DNA of 64,000 nucleotides from Euglena gracilis (GCA_039621445.1 CP154954.1:27865735-27929734), one strand, 5' to 3'; numbered from the stretch's first letter, positions 42,309 through 55,736 are shown. The notes: generated from the sequence alone by a model not told the origin. Translations and numbers: made by a program.

Positions 42309-44102
42309 TGAACACGTTTTTAAAGAAATGTGATTTCACATGTTAAATGATTCAAAAAAATGCGTCACTTTTCTGGTCATTTTTGGGTCGGGACGGCAAT
42401 TTTTCAAGGGAAAAAAATGTTCAAAAACTTTCTTTTGGTTCCCCGTCATTTTTAAGAAATTTTGGTGAAATTGATTTTTTTCGGCAAAATGGGTGAAAAC
42501 GACATTGCGGGAAGCCTACATTGTTGTTTTGGGAGTACCCTCACCCCCCCCAAAAGTCCCCCCAAGTGACGAAAAATTTTGGCAAGTTTTTGTTTACCCC
42601 CCCCCCCTCAACTGGCCATTTTCCTTCGGCACCAAAAGCGCCGAAGGACCCCCCCTCCAAAAGTGTCCCCCCCTCAAGAGTGGCCATTTGGGGTGTCACG
42701 TCACTGGGAAAGCTGGGTGCTGTTAGACAGGCTGTTGGACGGGTTTCTCTTATTTGGCCCGTTTGATGCTTTGGCAGCCTTGGGGAGTTATTTCCAAAAT
42801 ACAGATTTTCTTGCTTGCAGATGGACCCTGTTTTATCATGCGCGTTTTTGGGGGGGCATTCTAAGGGCGTAACTCGAGCTACACACAAAATTAGCATTAA
42901 AATGGAGTATTTTTTTTAGCGCAAGCCCAATGGGATATTTGTCTATTTGGCGGGAGTTGGCAAAACAAATGTCAACTCTGCTTCACAGTGAATAAAAGTT
43001 TGATTATCATTTTTTTCCAGATCATTATGAAAATTCGGTTTTCCAAATTCTTGTTCCTGGTCGCGGTCTGGGGGGGGGGGGGGGCGTCCCCCTCCCCCCC
43101 ATTAACCCTCACTCTCCCCTTCCCATTTTTTGTGGACATTTCATTTTTCGATTTTGAAAAATGTTCTAAAACTTTTTGCTGTCCCCGGGGGGTGGCTTGA
43201 CCTCCCTCCCCCCGGACCCCAATAACAGTCAAAGCCTTTTTCGGATTTTTTTTTGCAAATTTTTTGAGTGACCTCAATACAGAAAGCACATAAGAAAGGG
43301 TTCCACCCCCCCACACCCCCACAAAGGCTTTGGGAGCACCAATATTTGAAATGTATGCGACTTTGGGTCCCGTGTCTGACCCAGTCAATATTCCCTTGAA
43401 AATGGCCATTTCAGGTTCCGGCACCTTCAGTGCTGTGCGATGTGTATAGCAGTGCCCATTGGGCAGTGCTATACCACATCGCACGGCGTCGAAGTTGCCG
43501 GCCCGAAAATGGCTTCTGATACGAAAACTGTGTTCAGAACGCCGGTTCGGGCGTGAAGCCGTGTTTCAGAACGCCGGTTTGGGCGGCAGAAACACGGCTT
43601 CACGCCCGAACCGGCGTTCAAGGAATCACGGCCAATTTCGCCCTAAATACCCATTTTTTGAACCTTTTTGAGCATTTTTGACCTCCTTTGGGGGAATGGC
43701 GATGTCGATCAGCCGATTGAAGTTTTCACAAATGTGATGCCATGTTACCCATCAATCGAAAGCCCTTCTCAAGGGCTTTTGACAGATGGCCACAGGATTC
43801 AGCAATAATGCACACAGCGCTTATTTTCAGCGATCGTGTATTCCAAAATTTGACATCTTAATTTGTGAAATCCCACACCTCAGGTGCCATACAGCATATC
43901 AATCGAAAGCTCTCCCCATGAGCTTTCATTTGGTACCCTCAGAACTCAGCCACACTGCACAGCGCCCTGAAAATCGCCGATCGCATGTTCCGACCTTTTT
44001 GGCAAATTCCAAATCCACTGTTCACCTGCCATGTTGCCCCTTGATCAATAGCCCTTCTCAAGGGCTTTCAGCATATGGCCTTAGATTTCAGCCGTGCTGC
44101 AC

Positions 44103-44103
44103 G

Positions 44104-44146
<43 letters not shown>

Positions 44147-44205
44147 CCATACAGCACATATAGCGCGTATACCACACATACCATGGTATATATATATATA
44201 TATAT
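44103..44205. repeat. (GT)n/(AT)n microsatellites
   Basis: Directly visible. Confidence 0.9.
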
Positions 44206-45047
44206 TCTATTTCAGAAATCCCCCAAATTTGACCAAATGAAATTGTTGCACAAAATACCCCAATTTCTGGCCAAATACCCCCCCAAAAACTGCTCAGATA
44301 TGATTGCCACGTGTCTAAAAACCATTTTGGACACTTTTTGGCACTTTTTATTTTGGGTCCCCTGGACACTGTCTTTCCGCCCGAACCGGCGTTCTGGACA
44401 CCAGTTCGGGCGTGAAGCCAGAGCTTCAATACATGGTTTCAAGAAAAAATGCCCACCCCAAACCCAACCCCCCCTCCCCCCCGGGTCGAGAGTGCCCAAC
44501 CCCCCTGCCTGCTCATAGCACCTTGGGGGCGGGGGGACTTGCTCATGAAAGAAGCTGGAGAAATCCATCCTCGTAAAGGCACTCATAAACCAAAACTTTT
44601 GTCCTGTTCGGACAAAACTCAGCATTCAAAGAAAACATTCAAGCAATGAAGAAGAGAAGGAGGAGAACAGAATCCACGCAAATAAACGGACAGCGTTTTG
44701 GGCTCTCGGGCCTACACTGCAAATGTTTTTGTTGGGGCCAAGACTTTGGGAGCAAGGAGCCTTAGAAAAATATGGACCTCGGTTCTGGATTCGGGAGGAA
44801 TCTACAACGTCAGCGGGGGGGGGGGTTTAAGACCGTCAGCGGGGCCACACTTACTGTCCATATTTGGTCGAGGTTTCCATTTTCCCTTGCGCACCTGTGT
44901 GATATTTGATCCATTTTTAGCATATTTTTTTTCATAAAAAATCAAGAGGGTATTTTTTTCCTGAGAGTTGACTCTGGGGCTTTACTTTATTGGAGGAATT
45001 TTTTGAGGAACATCATTATATGCAAATTTTCATTGGTTGTTCCACAG

Positions 45048-45173
45048 AACCGTGTGTATTCACCTGGGATGAATTTCAAGCTCCCATTTGTGGAGTGGCC
45101 GATAATTTATGACTGCCGGACACGACCTTCCGAAATATCATCTGCCTCTGGAAGTCGTGACTTGCAAATGGTC
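45048..45173 (+). CDS. PHB2: Prohibitin-2 exon 2 (NRVYSPGMNFKLPFVEWPIIYDCRTRP...GSRDLQMV)
   Basis: Follows a ttccacAG acceptor in phase 0 with exon 1. Contains PHB motifs WPIIYD and GSRDLQMV. Confidence 0.9.
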
Positions 45174-47367
45174 ACAAAAGGTGCTCTTTGCTGGGAATCG
45201 CGAATGTGGTAACACCACTGATATCTTTTCCCAATTTGGCTGCGTTAAATTTTTTTCCAGCAAGGGAGTGAACTTTTTGCAGGCTGCCCCAAAAACCCCT
45301 GCGGTTTTTTTGTTGTTTTATTCTCCCTCTGGCAACGTTTAAATTAACCCTTTTGCGTTCAATTTCACCCCCCTGAAAAGTTGATGTGGAACCAATTCCT
45401 TGCAGCCGGCGCCCTCTATCCTTGGAATGAATTGACTAATTCTCGCAAAGAAATGACAGAACTGATGAAAAAAATTTAACAGAATTCCTGAGCGTTTTCA
45501 CAGGGTTTTTTTGAAAGTTTTTGACATGTTTTTTTGCATGGTTTTGAAACAAATGGCATTTTATTTGAATTTTTTTTAGTCCCTGAAACTGCCCTATTGC
45601 ACAAAACGCCACACCAACGTTTCAATTTCTGTGTCAATTTTTTGCAGAAGTTTGTCAAAGTGTCTCGCAAGTGCTGTCAAAGTTTTCGAATAAATTTTGA
45701 ACATTTTTTCAAAAATTCTGTCAAAAAGTTCCAAAAACTTGTCAGCAGCTCCTAGCCGGGCTGTGGAATCCTGGGGGCCACTGAAAGTTGGGAGGAGGCT
45801 TGTGCTTAGTCGGGTGCCCACCCCACGGTGGGTGGGTGGGTGCTAGGGGCAGGCACCCCATAGCACCCACCCACAGGCAGGGCAGGGTGGGGTTTTGGGG
45901 GGGTGCCTGCCCACAGCAGGCACCCCCCTCCGACCCCGACGCCAAAGGCGCCGGGGGCCCAGAAAAGGCCATTTTTAATGAAAATTTTCTGGGTCCCCCC
46001 GGACCCCCCCCCCCGGGAGGGGTGTGCCCACTAGGGGCAGGCACCAGGGTTCGATATAAGGAGGGCGTACATGGTTTAGGTGGGGGGGGTGTCCCCCCCC
46101 CCCACCCCCCCCCCCTCCTGGCCCGCAGGGGGGGGTCCGGACCACCCCCCCCCCCACCTGCAAGGGGGGTCCGGACCGACCCTCGGGGGCAAAAATTGAC
46201 CCCCCCCAAAAAGGGTCATTTTTTTCCTCCGGCGCTTCGCGCCGAAAATTTTTTGCATTTTTGGCACATTTTTGCCCAAAAAGTGCCCAAAATGGCACTT
46301 TTGGTCGTTTTGGGGGGTCAAAAATTTTCGGCCCGGCGCTTCGCGCCGGGCCGAAAATTCGACCACCCTGACCGCGCACCTGTTTAGGTGGGGGGGGGGG
46401 TCCCTCCCCCACCCCCCTCCCCTCCTGGCCCGCGGGGTGGTCCGCCCCACCCCCCCCCTCCTGTCCTTATATCGAACCCTGGCAGGCACCCTATAGCACC
46501 CACCCTCCCCCCCCGGTCGGTAAGCACAAGCATGGTTGGGACCAGCTTAGTGAAGCTGGGCTGGAACAAAAATATTTTTGGCGCAACGCGCCAAAATTTT
46601 TGCAAGAATGGTTCAAAACAGTAACAGGGTGTCATTTGCCGAAACGAAGTGGACCCATCCCCCTGGGGGGGGGGAGTCCAGCCAGCCAGCAGCTTTTTTC
46701 CAGCCAGCAGTCGTTTTCGCCCCGTCGACGAGTTTTGATTTTTTTCCAGCCGCCCTTTGTGCGGCTGGACAGTAACAGTTTTTTGACTTTCGAGGGAAAT
46801 TGGGCAGAAACGGGTCGGATTTGGGCTAGCTAGTGCATATTTGGGGTCAAAAAAAAATCCATTTTTTGCATAATTGGCAGTTTTTTGGGCATTTTTTTGG
46901 CTTTTCGATTTTTTTTGGAACCCAATTTGACCCCGGGTCGGGCCCACTTCTAGCTGGGGGACCCCTATGGGGGGGGCAAGGGGGGATTGCCTTTTTCCAG
47001 CCAGCCCAATTTTTTTCAGCCAGCCCATTTTTTTTTCCAGCCTCTGAGGTGGACCCAGGGAGGTCACTGCGCGATGTCTTGTTCAAAATGGCCATGGTTT
47101 TCTCCAATCTTTGGCTGAAATATCCCAACCCATTTTTTTGCTACCCGCCAGGTCCAGCCACCCGCCCCCCCCCCCCCCCGGAACCCCCACTTAACCAACA
47201 CCTTTTTTCCAGCCAGCACCTTTTTCCAGCTAGCCCACGGGACCCCCCATCCTCATACCTCAATGGGAACTGTGCTCATGTCTGAGATCGTTCCATTCTT
47301 GTTGACATCGATGATAGGTCTGGAGAATATTTCTGCTTTTGGGTTGGCCGAACAGCATCTTTGACCT
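45174..47367 (+). other. Nonconventional (non GT-AG) euglenid-type intron 2 of PHB2, 2194 nt
   Basis: C|ACAAAAGGTGCT...AGCATCTTTGACCT|G. Positions +4..+12 pair with -6..-14 (one G-U), both junctions are Y|R, and removal restores MV-DLTLRVL. Confidence 0.82.
46045..46481. mobile_element. hAT-like MITE, TIR CAGGGTTCGATATAAGG, 8-bp TSD GCAGGCAC
   Basis: Perfect TIR, TSD at 46037-46044 and 46482-46489. A second family member lies at 54132. Confidence 0.88.
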
Positions 47368-47467
47368 GATCTCACACTCCGAGTTTTGTACCGCCCTGGC
47401 AATGACCTTACACAGCTCTATCGCACACTTGGGACAAATTACGCCCAGCGCCTCTTGCCGTCCGTGG
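47368..47467 (+). CDS. PHB2: Prohibitin-2 exon 3 (DLTLRVLYRP...LYRTLGTNYAQRLLPSV-G)
   Basis: PHB motifs LTLRVLxRP and YRTLGxNY. The 5' boundary is non-AG (nonconventional intron). GTGTGC donor at 47468. Confidence 0.88.
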
Positions 47468-48324
47468 GTGTGCTATTGCGAAGTAGCTCAAAAAAACTGA
47501 CCTGCTTTGCATCATGCTGGCGCTTGGAACACATTGCCACATCATCTGTTTACCACAAAGTGTCAAAGTGTCAAGCAAGAAAGGTCAAATAGTGTTTTCT
47601 TTCAACTGAAGCAAACACGCCAAATACAAAAGCCCCCCCGGTGTGAATTTCGGTGTGAAGACCCTTGGGGCCATGTGAGGGGAAAAACTTTTCTGGGTGG
47701 CCTACAACATTTTGGCGGTCTTCAAATGCGGTAAAATGCCAATATGTCAGAATTTTGGGTTGCATATCTCTTATCGCGTACCGAAATGTGCATTTTTTGT
47801 GCAGCATGGAGTTCTGCTGGAATACTGTTTTATCCACCCAAAAATTTCTGTTTTTTCCCCTGAATGGCATCATCCCGCGGGCTTCACATTTGGGGTGGGG
47901 GCTATGTAGCTTGAGGTTTTATTTCTTCAGAGTTAGCGAAGCTCACCACCAGGGAAAGGGGGGGGGTGAAGAACCCCCACCCCTGGGCAGGTAATGAAAA
48001 CAGCGGATTATCACCATGACCTTGGACCCATTCCCTGAATTTTTTGCGGGCGCCTGGATCCTGGCTTTCTGAATCACCTCTGTTTGACCCCCCAACTCCC
48101 TGCCAGGCCCGGGTTATTCAGCCGACAAGGGGTCCAAACTGGGTAGGATTAACCCCCCCCCCAATTTTGACTCTGCCATTTGGCTGGGGTGTTATTTTCG
48201 GTCAAAAGCTTTTTTTTCGGAAATAATTCAAGAAAATTCACATTGCATTTCGGAAAGTGTCTGCCAAAACAAATGTGCCCCAGAGACCCTTTATCGCCCC
48301 TGGATGCTGTTTTAGCTGCCGAGT

Positions 48325-48475
48325 GTTGTGACCAATGACGTGGCAAACGGGCATGTGCATTGGATGAAAAGGCATCTATTTCCAATGCCAAATCAAAAGA
48401 ATCAGCCAATGTCGCGATTTTGGAAAACCATCGTTCCAAAATGGATATTGACCAAAATTGAAAGCATTCCATACG
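48325..48475 (-). pseudogene. Isolated fragment of a related methyltransferase domain in PHB2 intron 3
   Basis: [38 protein letters not shown] aligns with [38 protein letters not shown] at 12155-12270. Confidence 0.8.
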
Positions 48476-49827
48476 GACATGCCTGGTTTGTGTTCTGGCC
48501 CGCTTTTTTTTTTGCCCAAAACAGCCATTTGGGGGAGTTTTTAGGCCTTTTTTGGGTCTAAAATCAATTTTTCAAACTATTTTGAAGGAAAGGAAGATGA
48601 AGGAAACGTCCGACGACCAAAAGATGAAGCCCTCGGAATGCCCTATCCAACCATCTTTTATTTTTTTCCCAACTCTTGATGTAGCCCGAGTTACGGCCAT
48701 TCTTCGGCCAACTTTGGCCCATTTTCGAGTCCATTTTGGGCTGGTTTGGGGTGTCGAAAATCGATGTTTCAAAGATATCTCGAAAATGGAAATTTCAAAA
48801 TATCTACAGGATGGGCAAATCAAAGGAAATAACTGTGGACCTAAAAATGAAGCGTTAGGACCTCTGACACCCCGTACAGTACCAGGGGGGGGGATAAGCA
48901 AGCATTTCTTGAAAAAATTGCATGGTTGGAAAATTTGTGAAAAGTCGCATTTTTTACAATTTTTTGCACATTTACCTTTACGATGGTTTTTTTTTGTACA
49001 GGCAAACTGCTCTATTACAAGGAACTGGAAGTTGCATATTACATAATTTCTGGACCGATTTCACGTCAACAGCAGTGAACCACTGGGTAAACCACCGTGC
49101 GATTTTGCACCTTTGCACCATATTTGCTTTTGGTGCGGCACTTTGCAGTGTTTTTTTGGCATTTTTGAAAAAATTTGCAAGACATTGTTTTGCTGATGTT
49201 TTTATGGGTTAGAAAAGCGCAAATAATTGTCCAGAATATGCACTGTGTTGCATAGGAAAATGCTGTTGCAAAGTGACAAATTTTCCCCCGAGGAGGTGAA
49301 AAGTGAGATGGAAAAAAGTCCTCTAGCAGAAAAGTGTACAACCCCGCCGAGCTCCTGAAGGAATTTACATGCAAATTGAATTTTTTGCATTGCTTTGCAC
49401 TTTTTTCTACGCTTTTTTTGCATTTTTGCATTGAATATTTTGGTCCTGGAGCCTGTACAGGGTGATGGAAGGCCCCAGTTATTTCTTTGGGTCTCCACCA
49501 TTTTAGGATATTTTGAAATGTTCGATTTTTTGACCCCAAAATGGCATATGTTTGTGGCCAGACGCCTAGCTGGTCCAGGCGGCCTATATGCAGGGGGTGG
49601 GGATCGCACCTTGCCCCGTTTTGATCTTTTTTTGGGTTACAAAATTGGAAACCTTCAAAATATCTGGCCAATTCTTTAAAAAGCCATTTGTAATGTTATT
49701 TTGATTCCCCTGCAACTGAACGCTGCGCCAGGCCGCCGGGCCGCCGGGCAACCATGTCTCCCAAGCATCTGCTGCTCCATGCCACCATTAGGCAAGTAAA
49801 GAGCTCTACACAAAACCTGGTATTTAG

Positions 49828-50215
49828 CAGGCTTTTGCTTAAGGGATTGCAGTACCCCCCCTGGGGGGGGGCTGGACTGCAGCTAGTCCAAATTTGGCTA
49901 GTGGGTTTTCTAGCAGACCCCCCCCCGGGGGGTCTGCTAGCAGGGCTAGCTAGTGGAAATTTTTTTTCCAGTGACCGGCGCGAAGCGCCAAAAATTTTTT
50001 TGGGACCCCCAAAAATGGCCAAAAATGCCCGTTTTTGGCCATTTTTGGGAATTTTTGGAGCAAAATCAGCCAAAAACCTGTTAAAAACCTCATTTTCAAG
50101 TCCAGGGGAGCCCGGACCCCCCGGGGGGAGGGGGGTCTAGCTAGTCCACTTTTTCCAGTGTCTAGCCGATTGGCTAGCCAGTACCCCCCCTGGGGGGTCC
50201 TTAAGCAAAAGCCTG
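49828..50215. mobile_element. hAT-like MITE, TIR CAGGCTTTTGCTTAAGG, 8-bp TSD GTATTTAG
   Basis: Perfect TIR and TSD. Confidence 0.88.
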
Positions 50216-51184
50216 GTATTTAGGCGTCGAACCAAACCCCTTAAACCCCCTGGGGGGCTTTACATTTGAGGATGGTAAGCTTTTTGAGAGAGGATTTATA
50301 ATAATTCTTTCTTGCTTCACCAGGTGATTCAATGTGTGTTTTTTTGTTGTTGATTCCTTTGCCCAGTTCTTCTGTTTACAGGGTGGACAAATATTCAGGT
50401 TGTTTTTATTGTGCTTTTTGATCGGTGTCAGCTCTCACACCCCTCTTCCACGAAGCCCCAGACAAAGTGATTAACAGTAACTGGAAAATGGTCTAAAAAT
50501 TGCCCCAAAACGACAGAAAATGCATGCATGGCAACAAATATTGACTTCTCAGGCATTTTTTTAGGCAAAGTTGCCTAATTTGACTCTTCAATGAAAAGAA
50601 AGGACAAAACATCTTGACACATAGCAGAACAGAGCTAAAACTGGTTGGATATTGAATTTTACCATTCTATTTTTCAAAAAAACACCGTTTCACCAAAACG
50701 AATGAAATTGTTTTTTTTTAACCATAATGCCTTTTATCATATGTTTTGTCACTGTAATTTTTGTCTACGCTTTAACCTCACTGCAAAAGTTCCTAGAACT
50801 CGTTTGGTAATACCTTTTTAGACTCTGGACAAGGGTGGCCAAAATGGACTCAACCCCAATCCACCACTGATCTCCAACCAGTCTCACTCAACTCCCAGTC
50901 GCAATTTGGGTCCAGCTCACTGCAGCCAGATGTCACCAAAAATTCCCAAAATTCTCTGGGTTTACCTTGAGGTGTGCCCAAACATAGCTATGGCTGCTGG
51001 ATTGTTTCACAACTGAATTTGTGGTTTTTGGGGAGTTTCAGCTAGCCTGATCCAGCTTGGCAGCCAGCTTCCCCCCCCCCCCCCACCAGGGCATTAAGTG
51101 AGCGTTGGCTTTGTATATGGAGGGGGGGCCAACCCCCTCCCTAGAGGGGGTGGGGTCTGGGGACCCCCCATACAACCAAATTTT

Positions 51185-51570
51185 TTTCTTCCCCGGAGAA
51201 AAAATTAACCCCCCCCCAAATATAAAGCCCCCGGTTTTATATTTGGGCGGAAATTTCAAGACCCCACAGGGGGTTTTATATTTGGGGGGGTTTATATTCA
51301 ATCGGATAAATCAACTTTTTGGCGGGACACAATAGTCACTTTTTCGGTCCAAAATCACAAATATGTCCACCTGGGGGGTCAAAAAATTTCCCTTTTTTGG
51401 TCGAAGGAGCAATTTTCAAACGTTTTTGGTAAAAATTGCACCCAAATCTGCCAAAAATCGCAATTTCAGGAGAGATTTTGTCGACTTTCCGGTCGCGCCA
51501 GAGGGGGGGTTTTACATTCGGGCGGGGTTTCAAGGTCCTCAGGGGGGTTTTATCTTTGGGGGGGGGACGG
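51185..51570. repeat. Dispersed repeat with an inverted copy at ~57200-57605
   Basis: aaatataaa(a/g)ccccc motifs and the ggtccaaaatcacaaatatgtccac core are reverse-complemented in intron 6. Confidence 0.75.
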
Positions 51571-51977
51571 GGGTGCTGGACCACCCCGCTGCCCGGGGAG
51601 GGGGGTCCGGGACCCCCCCTTCCCCCTTCTCTCACTTAATACCCTGCCCCCAGCCCAGGGTTGTACAAGAATCCCCAAAATTCTATGGGCGGGCTGCCCC
51701 CCCAGCAGGCCTTCCCGTATTTCGAGGGGTGCCGGTGTTTAATTCAAAGTTTTCCTTGGGCAGTGCGTGGTGGGGGGGGGTTGACCCACTCCTTCCCACC
51801 TCCTGGGTGGGGGGTCAGACCCCCCCCACACCAGGCTTTCGAGCACAGCCGCGCCCCACTGCAACCATCCAGCACCTTCCATGATATGTTTCAATTCAGT
51901 TTCACCAGTGGTTTGTCTCTGAGAGTTTCCCACAGGCTATATGATGATGTTTCGGATTGCGTGTTATGGCTTCACAG

Positions 51978-52108
51978 GAAACGAGGTCATGAAGTCTGTC
52001 CTGGCACAGTACAATGTTTCGGAGTTGCTGACGCGCCGGCAGGATGTCAGTGCTGAGATCAGTACGCATCTCGTGAACCGCTGCAAGCAGTTCAACGTGA
52101 TGGTGGAG
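51978..52108 (+). CDS. PHB2: Prohibitin-2 exon 4 (GNEVMKSVLAQYNVSELLTRRQDVS...FNVMVE)
   Basis: ttcacAG acceptor, phase 1 matches exon 3. NEVxKSVxAQYN motif. GTGTGT donor at 52109. Confidence 0.92.
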
Positions 52109-52758
52109 GTGTGTGCTTTACCTTTTGGCCAATTGTTTGTTAGAAATCAACAGGAAATAGCTGCAGGCATTTAAAGTAGTGCCATGTCGAATTGGTTTAA
52201 TCCCAGCTAATAAGACAGGGCCTCTACAGGAGCAGTGTTCAAACAGGAGCACCCCATCTTGAACAAAAAGCATTCACCACACAAGCACTCCTCCCCAGTC
52301 CACCCAAACAGAAGGATGGGAAGCCTTTCAACGGAGTTGCGGCAAGCTATTGCATAATTTTCCCAAAGGAAGGAAGTATTTTTGGCTAAGAAGGCATTTT
52401 TTTGATTTTCCCCCTCCCCACAAATGCCTGATTCATGTGGGATTTAAGAGGTGAGGGATGAAGAACAAGATGCAATGACGTCTATGACATAAGCCGGAAC
52501 CAAAATTATAGAGCCCCCCTTGCTGGAAGCTGCGTGACGTCCAATAAATGTGCAAAGCCCTCATACAGCCTGCATTTATTTTTCATAGTTCGCACATCTG
52601 TTCAGTTTTTGTAAGAGGTTTGGAAGTATTGCTTTTTTTATTTCCAAGCAGGTTTTTCAGGTGCTTCTTTGAGTCCCGGGTAGTGCCAGGAGCAAGTGTG
52701 GAGTAGGTTGGGCTCTTCGCAGGCACATCATGTCCCCTTTTTCCGCCCCCTCCTGCAG

Positions 52759-52889
52759 GACGTGGCCATCGTGCACCTCACCTTTGGGCGCGAGTACTCC
52801 TCCGCTGTGGAGGCCAAGCAGGTGGCGCAGCAGCAGGCGGAGCGGGCTCGCTTCCAGGTGGAGCAGGCAGTGCAGGAGAAGCGCAGCAA
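52759..52889 (+). CDS. PHB2: Prohibitin-2 exon 5 ([44 protein letters not shown])
   Basis: cctgcAG acceptor and the [15 protein letters not shown] signature. The 3' boundary is non-GT and can slide by 1 nt because of a repeated A. Confidence 0.9.
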
Positions 52890-53407
52890 AGGCAGGGTCC
52901 GGTCGGGTCGGGGCAGTTTGGCGGGAAGGGGGGGGGTGGGCTGCTCTGGGGGATGACTGAGAGTTCGATATGAGATGAAGGCTACTTCCGGGTTTCGTTG
53001 ATTTCTTTTGGGTCTTTGGGCGAAGAAAGTTTGCAGGTTCAGGTGGTCTTTGGGGGGACAGGCACCTTGTGTTACGTTGACGACCTTCAGGACCACCCTC
53101 AGGTGTAAGGGGCAAAAAAAACAGCCGATTTGGGGATTGAACGGGGTCAAAATTAGAAAAAGTATAAGGCCAAAAAACCCCCATTTTTGACATTTTGGGT
53201 GGATGGGATATGGTCCAATATTGCCAGAAATCATCCCCCCCCCCCCCGAAGTCGATCTGTTTTTACCAAAATGTGGATATTCTCGGTCATTGTTCCTGTG
53301 GGGTTTTGACTGAATGTGTGGGGCGGGTATTTTTTTTTGCCTGAGGAAGTCCTTTGAGAAATGCACCTGTATTTGTCATGCTGTATCAGTGACAGCACCC
53401 TGCATCC
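52890..53407 (+). other. Nonconventional euglenid-type intron 5 of PHB2, 518 nt
   Basis: AGGCAGGGT...ACCCTGCATCC|A. CAG at +4..+6 pairs with CTG at -8..-6, and removal restores EKRSK-IVLAEGEA. Confidence 0.85.
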
Positions 53408-53476
53408 AATTGTCCTTGCAGAGGGTGAGGCAGAATCAGCTAGGCTGATCGGAGATGCCGTCAAGAAGAACCCGGG
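53408..53476 (+). CDS. PHB2: Prohibitin-2 exon 6 (IVLAEGEAESARLIGDAVKKNP-G)
   Basis: IVxAEGEAxSAxLIG motif. GTGTGT donor at 53477 (phase 2). Confidence 0.88.
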
Positions 53477-54131
53477 GTGTGTAGTGTGTGGCGCGCCTCG
53501 TCCACTCAATGGATGCCTCACTTCCAACAGGCATATGTTTTAACTCTTCCTTTTGATTGCTGAGGTTCCCCCATAGGCATGTTTCTCATTCACTTGCAAT
53601 TGAGCATTCCCAGTGTCAGCTGCAAAGGTACAATTTTCCTCACCCCACACCGAGACCTGACATCTACTACGAGTGGTAAATATGAAAGGCAGCTTTTTTT
53701 TTGATTTCTGGCGGGGTCCCACTGTAAAGCGATCCAGGGACTGAAGGCACTTCTGCTTTGGGCCTGGAAACTTTATATGTGATGGGTGGGGGGGTGGACG
53801 ACCACCCCCACCTCCATCATCCCAACCCACTTTTTTCCGTTTTTTTTCATATGTGTCAGTATTTTTAAATAATTTTGCTTCGGTGCTGAAGGAATTTTTC
53901 TTAATGCAACCACTCCTCCCATGCCCTCCTGTGCCTTCTTGTGTCATCCCTGTCTGCTCCGAAGGTGAACATGGCGAAACGCATTTTTGGGCATTTTCAG
54001 GGGGAAGACAAGAAACCCACGCTTCCTTTTGTTAAAAATGGGACCCTTTTGCAAATAAAGGCTGTCATAAGTCATTGTAAAATCTTGTTAAACTTGGAGG
54101 AGGTGTTTAGATCTGGGGTCTCCCAACAGAT

Positions 54132-54526
54132 CAGGGTTCGATATAAGGAGGGCGTACATGGTTTAGGTGGGGGGTGTCCCCCCACCCCCCCCCCCCCCTG
54201 GCCCGCAGGGGGGTCCGGACCCCCCCCCCACCTGCAAGGGGGGCCCGGACCGACCCTGGGGGGGGGGGTACCCGCGACCCCCCCAAAAGGGTCAATTTTT
54301 TCCTCTGGCGCTTTGCGCCGAATTTTTTTTTGCATTTTTGGCCATTTTTTTGCCCAAAAAGTGCCCAAAATGGCACTTTTGGTCGTTTTGGGGGGTCAAA
54401 AATTTTCGGTCACCCTGACCGCGCCACTGTTTAGGTGGGGGGGATGTCCCCCCCCCCCCCCCCGCCCCCCAGGGGGGGGGGGGCGGACCCCCCCCCCCCC
54501 CCCCTCCTCTCCTATATCGAACCCCG
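54132..54526. mobile_element. hAT-like MITE (same family as 46045), 8-bp TSD CAACAGAT
   Basis: Near-perfect TIR, TSD at 54124-54131 and 54527-54534, and internal similarity to 46045-46481. Confidence 0.88.
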
Positions 54527-55736
54527 CAACAGATGTGCATGCAAAAGGACACGAAAGGTATTGCTTTTTTGCCATCTAAATCTCCAGATTGACACTCACA
54601 GTTGAATGTTTCCAGGTTTGCATTTTTGGGTGGGGCTTCAATTTCGCCCCTGCATCGAAACAGCCACCTCAAAGAAAGTTTCCACCTCAAAAATAATAAT
54701 TTTAGAACAATCAAAATTGGCAATCAATTGCCAGCTTTTTGATGTGTTTTAAAATTTTTATGCTCTGGTTTAATTTGCACAAAAATGCATAATTTTTTTT
54801 TTGCCAAAATAGAATTGGTTGACGTAAAATTAATTAGCTGTCCCAATTTGTTTGATCTAAAGGCAAGCCCTTTCCTGGAAGGGAATTAAAAGGATTTCCA
54901 TTTGTGGAGGGTTTGCCATTCAGAATACTGTGAAATGGTCGGTGTTTTTTTAAATTTAAGCCGATAGTTCTACTGGGGAGGGGAGAACCTCCCCCAGAAA
55001 ATTTGGAATCCTGACTTTTGGTTTCCTGAGCCTCCGCGGAGCTTGGTACCTGAGCCTCTCCGGAGGCTTGGTTTCCTGACCCTCCGCGGATCCTCCTCGT
55101 AGGTGACCAATTTTGTACGCAGGCTATGTCTATGAAACAAAAAGAAAATGTTTTGAACGGTTGACCCTCACCCCCCCCACTCCCCCCACTCTCCCACATT
55201 AATGCCCAAAATGGAGGAATTTATTTTCATATTTCACCCCCACACCCCGCAAAAAAAAGAAAATGAACAAAGCTTTTGTTTTTTCGCACCCACCCCCCAG
55301 CGCACCCCCACCCCACAAAAAAAGGAAGTTAAATTTTTGGTTCTTTCCCTCCAACCCCCCAAACCCCGCCTTTTAGCAGAGCCCAAGAGCTTTGCGTGCC
55401 CAAATCAATTTGCCGAGGGGAATGCCAAAAAAAGATTTGTCCAAATAATTTTGCCCTCATCTTTCACTAGAAACAAAAGTGAAAAGCGATACATCTTTCT
55501 GGAACAGAAGGAGGCAAAAAGAGCAAAGAAACGCCACAATATTTTGCTCTCCAGTGAAGAGGAGTATTAAATTAATTAAATTCATCACAGCACTGTTTGA
55601 TGTCAAATTGCTTGAAGAAAAAGTGACAAATCAATAATAATTTTGCAGGGTTCCAGAAAAGGTGGTCCACTAATTTTGCAGGGACAAAGCCATTCATGGA
55701 CCCCTAGTGTTCCTTCCCCCCCCCTGTCGCTGTTAT

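Noticed and set aside
52897-53423. Conventional GT-AG alternatives for intron 5 (52897-53423 or 52907-53421)
   Set aside because: They are in frame but replace the conserved IVLA(E) residues. The nonconventional boundaries restore the prohibitin consensus exactly.
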